Shown here: piece by piece, positions 58,467 through 64,000 of the stretch
How the letters are laid out: each line of letters starts with the position of its first letter
Position numbering within the stretch: the first letter of the stretch is position 1
Source: an uncultured Clostridia bacterium
GTDB lineage: Bacteria; Bacillota; Clostridia; TANB77; CAG-508
Direction: 5' to 3'
Assembly (NCBI GenBank): GCA_947624655.1
Contig: CANQLH010000002.1
Span: 4,321 to 68,320, forward strand
Length of the DNA stretch: 64,000 nt
The notes under the pieces: model-generated
Database searches by the model: none
Told to the model about the DNA's origin: nothing
The model's input: only the letters and a program-made list of their open reading frames with translations
Made by a program: the position numbers and the translations under genes

Positions 58467-59102
58467 GTGAATTTTATGAACAAAAATGAAATTATTAATG
58501 TGCTGAATTATAATGAAAATCCTGTGTGTATAAAGAGCCGTTTAAGGGAATATATGTGTCCTAAAGGAAGTCGTAAACTTCCCTCTGTTACGCCTCTTGA
58601 ATATTCAGAGATAGAAGAAATAAACAGTATAAGTCCTTGTTTTCGTACAGGTTTATTATTTTTTGAAGAGAATAAGGCGGAGGAAATTTATAAGAGTCTG
58701 CGTATTTTAAATTTTCAGGACATTCTTAAAAATGAGGATATCGAAAACATAATTCTAAATCCCACATATGAAGGCTTAAAAAAACTCGTGGAGATTGACA
58801 GTATATCATATTTTGAAAGAGTAAGAGGTATTTTCTATTATCTTAAAAATTCAGATATGTATGATATATCAATACGTGTTTCAAAAATTATTGACGAAAG
58901 ATATAAGGAGCTTAACAACAGGAAAACCAAAACCAATATTGTCCTTAATAGAAAAAGTCTGAATATTAAAAATGAGAATAAGATTCTTGAAGAAAATAAG
59001 GCTTTGAAGACAGAGATTGCCAAGCTTAAAGAGGCTATAAATAAAGCTTCCGAAAGCCCTGAACCTAAGACAAAAGGCAAGAAGCGTGAAAACGCCGAAT
59101 AA
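58467..59102 (+). CDS. Hypothetical structural-region protein
   Basis: Position after capsid; coiled-coil basic tail. Confidence 0.7.
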   Translation: MNFMNKNEIINVLNYNENPVCIKSRLREYMCPKGSRKLPSVTPLEYSEIEEINSISPCFRTGLLFFEENKAEEIYKSLRILNFQDILKNEDIENIILNPTYEGLKKLVEIDSISYFERVRGIFYYLKNSDMYDISIRVSKIIDERYKELNNRKTKTNIVLNRKSLNIKNENKILEENKALKTEIAKLKEAINKASESPEPKTKGKKRENAE

Positions 59103-59116
59103 AAAGGAGGGGGCTT

Positions 59117-59614
59117 ATGGCTGAAACTCCATTTGATACGGTTATAAATCTGTTTTTGAGAAAAATTGAAAAGGACAGAGACTTCTTTACTTACTATAAT
59201 GTCTCTGAAGAAGAAGCTTATGAACTTGCCGTTTTACAGGCAACGGGTTATCTCAGAGAAGCAATAAACCGCCTTACGGACAGATGCAGTCCTGATGTAG
59301 ATTTTTATGATTATTCGGAAGGTGATAATCCTCATTTTAATTTTAAGCTTACAGGACGGGAACAGGGCTTACTTGCCGACCTTATGAGAGAGATTTATTT
59401 TGAAAGAGATTTATCTATGCTTAAAGCCTTTAAGATAGCTATGACCCCTACTGACCTTAATCAATTTTCACCTGCTAACGAGCGTTCTACATTTATGTCT
59501 ATGCTTGAAACAATAAAGCATGAAAATGAAGTCAGGATATCTCATTATATTTCAGAAGATAGACTGACAGGAAAGCCTAAAAAGATAAATTATGGTTCTT
59601 TTGGAGTTGGTTGA
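59117..59614 (+). CDS. Head-tail adaptor (putative)
   Basis: TPFDTVINLFL..FNFKLTGREQGLLA..FSPANE; position. Confidence 0.6.
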   Translation: MAETPFDTVINLFLRKIEKDRDFFTYYNVSEEEAYELAVLQATGYLREAINRLTDRCSPDVDFYDYSEGDNPHFNFKLTGREQGLLADLMREIYFERDLSMLKAFKIAMTPTDLNQFSPANERSTFMSMLETIKHENEVRISHYISEDRLTGKPKKINYGSFGVG

Positions 59615-60648
59615 TTATGACTTATGATTATTTTAAAAAAATAAACAATACCTATAATTCCGAAAGCAGACAAGAAACAGATTTATATCTTCTTAACAGG
59701 CATGTAAACAGATATTTTGATAAAAATATAGACTATCATAAGGTTCTGAAAAACGGCGAGCCTTTTGAACTTCTTATAATAAAGGATACCGATAGTAACA
59801 CCTATAAAAAGAAAATTAAATCCCGACCGTATTGTAAATTCAATTTGGGTGATTATATTGAATGGGATTCTCAGATGTGGATTGTTGCATTAGTTGACAG
59901 TGATGATAAAACATATAATTCAGGTTATATGTACTTATGTTCATTACTTCTTGTATGGCAGAATACAAAGGGAGAAATTGTGAAAAGATGGGCGTATGCA
60001 GAGGATTACACAAAATATTCAACAGGTGTTTCCGGAAATTATAATATAAAAACAGGTGATTACCAATATGGCCTGACACTTCCTGTTGACGAAGAAACAA
60101 AATATTTAAAGCGTGACCGTCGTTTTGCAATAGACTTGGAAGGCTTATCGCCTCCCGATGTTTATGTACTCACAAACCGTAAAATATTTCTTTCAGATAA
60201 TAGATATTTCGGACGTGGCGGTCTTATAAATATAACTTTATCATATGATAGTTTCAATGCCGTAACAGACCGTTTTATTTCAATAAATGAAGGAGAATCT
60301 TTTTGGATTTGTGACTATTTTGACCCAAATAACAATACACAGCCAACACCCCCACGCCTTGACAGTATAACAGCAGAAATAGCCGACACGTCTGCTTTTA
60401 TATTTATAGGCAGAGCAAAAACACTTAAAGCTATTTTTAAAGATGAATCGGGAAATATTCTCTCAGATATAACGCCCGAATGGGAAATAATAAGTAGTTT
60501 TCAGGAGGATATAAAGGCAGAATATTTGGATAACGTCTTGCTTCTTACTATAAACAATGAAAAATACATAGGTGAAAAAATAACAGTCAATCTGAGATAT
60601 GATGGCTTGCCCTGCGACAGCTTTACAATGGAAGTCACGGATATATGA
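59611..60648 (+). CDS. Head closure/neck protein (putative) with Ig-like C-terminus
   Basis: FNLGDYIEW..WIV..C..LL.WQ; position. Confidence 0.55.
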   Translation: MIMTYDYFKKINNTYNSESRQETDLYLLNRHVNRYFDKNIDYHKVLKNGEPFELLIIKDTDSNTYKKKIKSRPYCKFNLGDYIEWDSQMWIVALVDSDDKTYNSGYMYLCSLLLVWQNTKGEIVKRWAYAEDYTKYSTGVSGNYNIKTGDYQYGLTLPVDEETKYLKRDRRFAIDLEGLSPPDVYVLTNRKIFLSDNRYFGRGGLINITLSYDSFNAVTDRFISINEGESFWICDYFDPNNNTQPTPPRLDSITAEIADTSAFIFIGRAKTLKAIFKDESGNILSDITPEWEIISSFQEDIKAEYLDNVLLLTINNEKYIGEKITVNLRYDGLPCDSFTMEVTDI

Positions 60649-60668
60649 TTGAAATTCCTCATAAAATG

Positions 60669-60697
60669 TTGATTTTTAACCATATTTATGGTATAAT
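60669..60697 (+). promoter_or_regulatory. SigA-type promoter of nuclease cassette
   Basis: TTGATT-17-TATAAT with TG extension. Confidence 0.75.
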
Positions 60698-60719
60698 AAA
60701 ATAAAAAAGGCAGCTGCTT

Positions 60720-61103
60720 ATGGACGTTCATTACATAGGAAAAATTGACTTGAATATTTACAGGTGCATAACAGAGGACATTGTGACTGATGAAGTTATA
60801 ATAACAGAGGAACGGATTTATCATATCGAAAGTCATCATCCCGGTGATTATAAAAAATATGGTAAATTTTTAAGGGGAGCAATAGAAAACCCTGATTTTA
60901 TATTACAGTCAGACAGACCCAATACTGCACTTATTTTGAAAGAATGTGTTATAAATGGTGAAAAGTTAAAAATAATTGTAAGGTTACTGACATCATTTGA
61001 TGACAGAAATTTTAAAAATTCTGTTATAACCTTTATGAGAATAAATATTAAAGAATGGCAACGTCTATTAAATAATAAAATAATTCTTTACAAAAAAGAA
61101 TAA
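60720..61103 (+). CDS. PBECR2-like (Barnase/EndoU/colicin/RelE fold) nuclease
   Basis: DEVIITEERIYHIESHHP..IENPDFIL..NTAL..KNSVITF. Confidence 0.7.
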   Translation: MDVHYIGKIDLNIYRCITEDIVTDEVIITEERIYHIESHHPGDYKKYGKFLRGAIENPDFILQSDRPNTALILKECVINGEKLKIIVRLLTSFDDRNFKNSVITFMRINIKEWQRLLNNKIILYKKE

Positions 61104-61115
61104 TTGTGATACCAT
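61087..61115 (+). promoter_or_regulatory. Promoter for the downstream ncRNA, overlapping the nuclease stop
   Basis: TTTACA-17-TACCAT with TG extension. Confidence 0.6.
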
Positions 61116-61130
61116 AAACATATGATACTA

Positions 61131-61231
61131 ATGATTGTTTGAGGTGGAAAATTTCGCCCCGTCCACACGCCGAAGGTATGACAGGCTTAGCCGAGAGATG
61201 CAGCAGAAAGGGGCGGCTGCCAAGCAATCAT
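61131..61231 (+). ncRNA. Structured ncRNA with kissing-loop pseudoknot (unassigned family)
   Basis: 11-bp closing stem 61131-41/61221-31; hairpins GUGGA/UCCAC and GCAGC/GCUGC whose loops CGCCCC and GGGGCG are complementary; GC-rich in AT-rich context. Confidence 0.75.
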
Positions 61232-61240
61232 ATGATATAC

Positions 61241-61272
61241 ACCGCTTGATTTTATAATCAGGCGGTTTTTTT
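61241..61272 (+). terminator. Intrinsic terminator
   Basis: ACCGCTTGATT / AATCAGGCGGT plus T-run. Confidence 0.9.
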
Positions 61273-61298
61273 ATTGTCATTTTTCAGGAGGTGGGGTT

Positions 61299-61886
61299 AT
61301 GGCTGTACTCAGGGCTGAAGGTGTTTTTAAGAATAAGATTATAAAGCTGTTTATCAAAAATCCTCTTCTTGTAAGGCTTATTAATCCGGAAAAGAATGAA
61401 AGTCTTGATGATGTGGCAGAGGTTTTGTTAGGCTTTGAAGGTGTTGTGGGAGATAAAAAAGTTTACGAACAGGGGCATATTTTTGACCATGACTTTGCGG
61501 ATGATACGACTATTACCGAAAGGACGTTTATATTTGTGGAGACGCAGGTGCCTACAGTAAATGTAAACAGTCCTCTTATTGATTTTAATCTTTATATAAC
61601 TGTTTTTACTTGTCACAGACTTGTAGATTTGTCAGACACAAGTGTTCCTACGAAAAATGAAATGAAAAAGCTTGGATATATAGGGAACAGGATTGATATT
61701 CTATGTGCCGTAATTGATGAAATTCTGAATGGATATGAAAATCTGGGAATCGGGAGAGTTATGCCGTCAGGCATTAATTTCACAACTATATACAAGCCAA
61801 AAGTAGGCTATTACGGAAAACAGTTAAGATATACGGTAAAAGGCTATAATGCGGGAAGTGATTTATGTGAGCTTATGGCAGAATAA
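61299..61886 (+). CDS. Tail completion protein (putative)
   Basis: NRIDILCAVIDEILNG..GIG; position before tail tube. Confidence 0.55.
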   Translation: MAVLRAEGVFKNKIIKLFIKNPLLVRLINPEKNESLDDVAEVLLGFEGVVGDKKVYEQGHIFDHDFADDTTITERTFIFVETQVPTVNVNSPLIDFNLYITVFTCHRLVDLSDTSVPTKNEMKKLGYIGNRIDILCAVIDEILNGYENLGIGRVMPSGINFTTIYKPKVGYYGKQLRYTVKGYNAGSDLCELMAE

Positions 61887-62643
61887 AGAAATGCTTAAAC
61901 AGGCGGTCAGAAACAATTCTGTTTTCAGTGAGGGCTTTAATTATAATGATAAAATAACTCTATATCCTGTCAGAATAAGAAATTATATAGATTTTTCACT
62001 TTATAAAAATTCTATTATCATAAATCAGAAAAGCAGTTTCCCCTCAAAGGAAATAATCAAAATGTCATACTGGAAATTTCTGACAGAGCTTTCCAAAAGA
62101 CCTGAGCTGGGAAAGCAATTTGGCGACCCTATGGCAGGTACTTATCTGCTTTTTGCTTTAAAGCTTATACAAATGGTTTGCCGGACAAATGAAATAAGTA
62201 TAAATCAAAGAGAAAAACTTGTCATAAAGGGCTGTGAAATTGACGATGAGGGTTTTGACGATTTAAGAAGAATTATAATTATTCAGAACAATATTGATTA
62301 TGATATTGACAATTATATAAATGCTGATACTGAAAGAGGACTAAGAAAGGCTGCCGAAAAGCTTAACAGAAACAAGGATAAATCAACATTTGAGGATTAC
62401 ATTGATTCTCTTGCGATATATATGCAGCTTGGTGAAAATGAAATAGGAAATCTGACTATAAACAAATTCTGGCGATATATCACAAGAATAAATTTAAGGG
62501 ATAATTTCATTATATGCAGAACAGGCGAAGCTTACGGAACGAAATTTAAGGAGCCTATAAAGCATTGGATGAACGCTCCCGATAAAGACAAAAACAAAGA
62601 TATAAAAACTGACAGAGAGGCTGTAAAACAAAAAATCGGCTGA
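61849..62643 (+). CDS. Tail assembly chaperone (putative)
   Basis: LYPVRI..FDDLRRIIIIQN..LTINKF..IKHW; position. Confidence 0.55.
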   Translation: MREVIYVSLWQNKEMLKQAVRNNSVFSEGFNYNDKITLYPVRIRNYIDFSLYKNSIIINQKSSFPSKEIIKMSYWKFLTELSKRPELGKQFGDPMAGTYLLFALKLIQMVCRTNEISINQREKLVIKGCEIDDEGFDDLRRIIIIQNNIDYDIDNYINADTERGLRKAAEKLNRNKDKSTFEDYIDSLAIYMQLGENEIGNLTINKFWRYITRINLRDNFIICRTGEAYGTKFKEPIKHWMNAPDKDKNKDIKTDREAVKQKIG

Positions 62644-62690
62644 CTCTGTTTTTTTTGTTTTAAATTATAAATTGAAAGGAGAAAAAAATA

Positions 62691-63710
62691 ATGGCGATGC
62701 AGAAAAATCAGAAAAAGGAATTTATTATTGGCGTAGCAGATGCTTTTGCATTTTATAACGGACAGTTACTTTTTTCAGGCGTAACCAACCTGACAACTTC
62801 TCTTGAAGTATCTATGGAGGCAAACGACATAAGAGCAGGTAGAGGAAATAAGCTTGTTTATTCACATAAAAATTCAAGAACCTTAAATGCTACAATAGAA
62901 GCAGCAGACTTTAATCTTGAATTTTTCGCTTTACAGACAGGTAATTTTATTACAGAGGCTTTCCGTGACGTTTATGAAACCAATGTATGTGTAGACATTG
63001 TCGAAGGTATCGGTACTCTTGAAACGCCCCCTGTTGAAGGAACCGACGTTTATTGTATACTTCCAAACGGCAATAAGGTGGTTATAAAAGCCAAGGGCAA
63101 TACAATTGACCTTAAAGACAAGAATGTAACATCAGGTGTCGTAAGAGCTACATATCTCAAAAATGTATCAACAAGACGTATAACTATTGATACGGAGACA
63201 CAGCCACTCATTGTAGAGCTTATTCTTAAAGCTGACAAATATGACAATGATATAGGCAAGGTAGGCAGCTTACAGATAACAATACCCAGATATCAGGCTG
63301 ACGGTAACTTCAATTTTGAACTTTCAAATGACGGCACAGCTTCTTCAAATCTTTCGGGAACAGCTCTTGCGGTTCTTAACGACAAATGCTCGGATGGTAA
63401 TGAAATTTTAGGTTATGTTGATGAATTTGACACAAAGCAGGAAGCCCTTGCTGTAAACAGTATTGCGGCTCTGCCAAGCGACCTCAATTTGAAAAAAGAT
63501 GATACAGTAGAGATTGAAGTGTATGGAATTAAGGGTGCGCCTTATGCCAATATTCTTATTGATAATTCTTTATGTGAATTTACTTCTTCCGAACAGGATT
63601 ATGTAACTGCTGAAGGTGGAGTTATAAAAGCTGTTACGGCAGGAACTTCTCTTATTACGGTTGAATACAACGGTATAAAGGACTATATTCAGGTAACTGT
63701 AACAGAATAA
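62691..63710 (+). CDS. Major tail tube protein with C-terminal Ig-like (Big_2) domain
   Basis: IRAGRGNKL, IPRYQADGNF, FTSSE..VT..G.IKAVTAGTSLITV. Confidence 0.8.
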   Translation: MAMQKNQKKEFIIGVADAFAFYNGQLLFSGVTNLTTSLEVSMEANDIRAGRGNKLVYSHKNSRTLNATIEAADFNLEFFALQTGNFITEAFRDVYETNVCVDIVEGIGTLETPPVEGTDVYCILPNGNKVVIKAKGNTIDLKDKNVTSGVVRATYLKNVSTRRITIDTETQPLIVELILKADKYDNDIGKVGSLQITIPRYQADGNFNFELSNDGTASSNLSGTALAVLNDKCSDGNEILGYVDEFDTKQEALAVNSIAALPSDLNLKKDDTVEIEVYGIKGAPYANILIDNSLCEFTSSEQDYVTAEGGVIKAVTAGTSLITVEYNGIKDYIQVTVTE

Positions 63711-63724
63711 TTCTGATATTAATA

Positions 63725-63762
63725 AAACGGGGTGCTGCTTTTATAGTGGCATTCCGTTTTTT
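63725..63762 (+). terminator. Intrinsic terminator
   Basis: AAAACGGGGTGCTGCT / AGTGGCATTCCGTTTTTT. Confidence 0.8.
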
Positions 63763-63771
63763 ATTTTTGAG

Positions 63772-63966
63772 ATGATTTTAAAAATGAAATGTGAATATAT
63801 GTATAGAAAGACAAATGACAGGACAAAAAGAGAAATGTATTACTGCCATCGTTTTGATAACAAAATGGACGAAATGGAAAGGCTGTGTCTTTTTCAGAGA
63901 TATTGTAAGGAAAAAGATGAATACCTGCCCCACAATACAGATAACTGTCGTTATGTCAAAGGGTAA
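63772..63966 (+). CDS. Small Cys-rich protein
   Basis: C..C..CLFQRYC..C pattern. Confidence 0.6.
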   Translation: MILKMKCEYMYRKTNDRTKREMYYCHRFDNKMDEMERLCLFQRYCKEKDEYLPHNTDNCRYVKG

Positions 63967-64000
63967 AACTATATTATTAAAAAGAAATGCGTACAAAATT

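Larger units (their letters stand above)
1..64000. mobile_element. Segment of a large SPbeta-like temperate phage (or prophage) of a Firmicute
   Basis: Divergent replication and structural arms; YonO-like RNAP, HU, terminase, portal, capsid order as in SPbeta; CI-like repressor and recombinase; AGGAGG RBSs; no att site or host genes seen. Confidence 0.93.

Noticed and set aside
1-64000. tRNA/rRNA genes and the many short antisense ORFs in the track
   Set aside because: No cloverleaf or rRNA sequence seen by eye (tRNAscan not run); antisense ORFs lie opposite well-supported genes and lack RBSs

Overview
The whole window is part of a large, AT-rich Firmicutes (probably Clostridia) phage of the SPbeta/c-st type; no host genes are evident. 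The leftward arm (1-40.9 kb, mostly minus strand) carries nucleotide metabolism genes (ThyX-like, nrdD/nrdG), a host-like replisome (DnaE, beta clamp, DnaB-like helicase, primase, RecJ, RecD2), two DNA methyltransferases, a sigma factor-DUF262 fusion, an immunity block and a tyrosine recombinase. nrdD is split by a group I intron with an HNH-AP2 endonuclease. A ~1.9 kb non-coding region (candidate origin/terminus) separates the arms. The rightward arm encodes an antirepressor, a PAPS-reductase-like protein, a YonO-like RNA polymerase, HU, and terminase, portal, capsid and tail genes. Two unexpected RNA systems stand out. (1) The first early operon (37.6-40.9 kb) is punctuated by five predicted self-cleaving ribozymes of three classes (HDV-like, hammerhead, three twisters) plus two twister halves, all between small genes. 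(2) A cassette in the head-tail genes pairs a BECR-type nuclease gene with its own promoter-driven kissing-loop ncRNA. All calls come from reading motifs and folding by eye; no database searches or folding programs were run.
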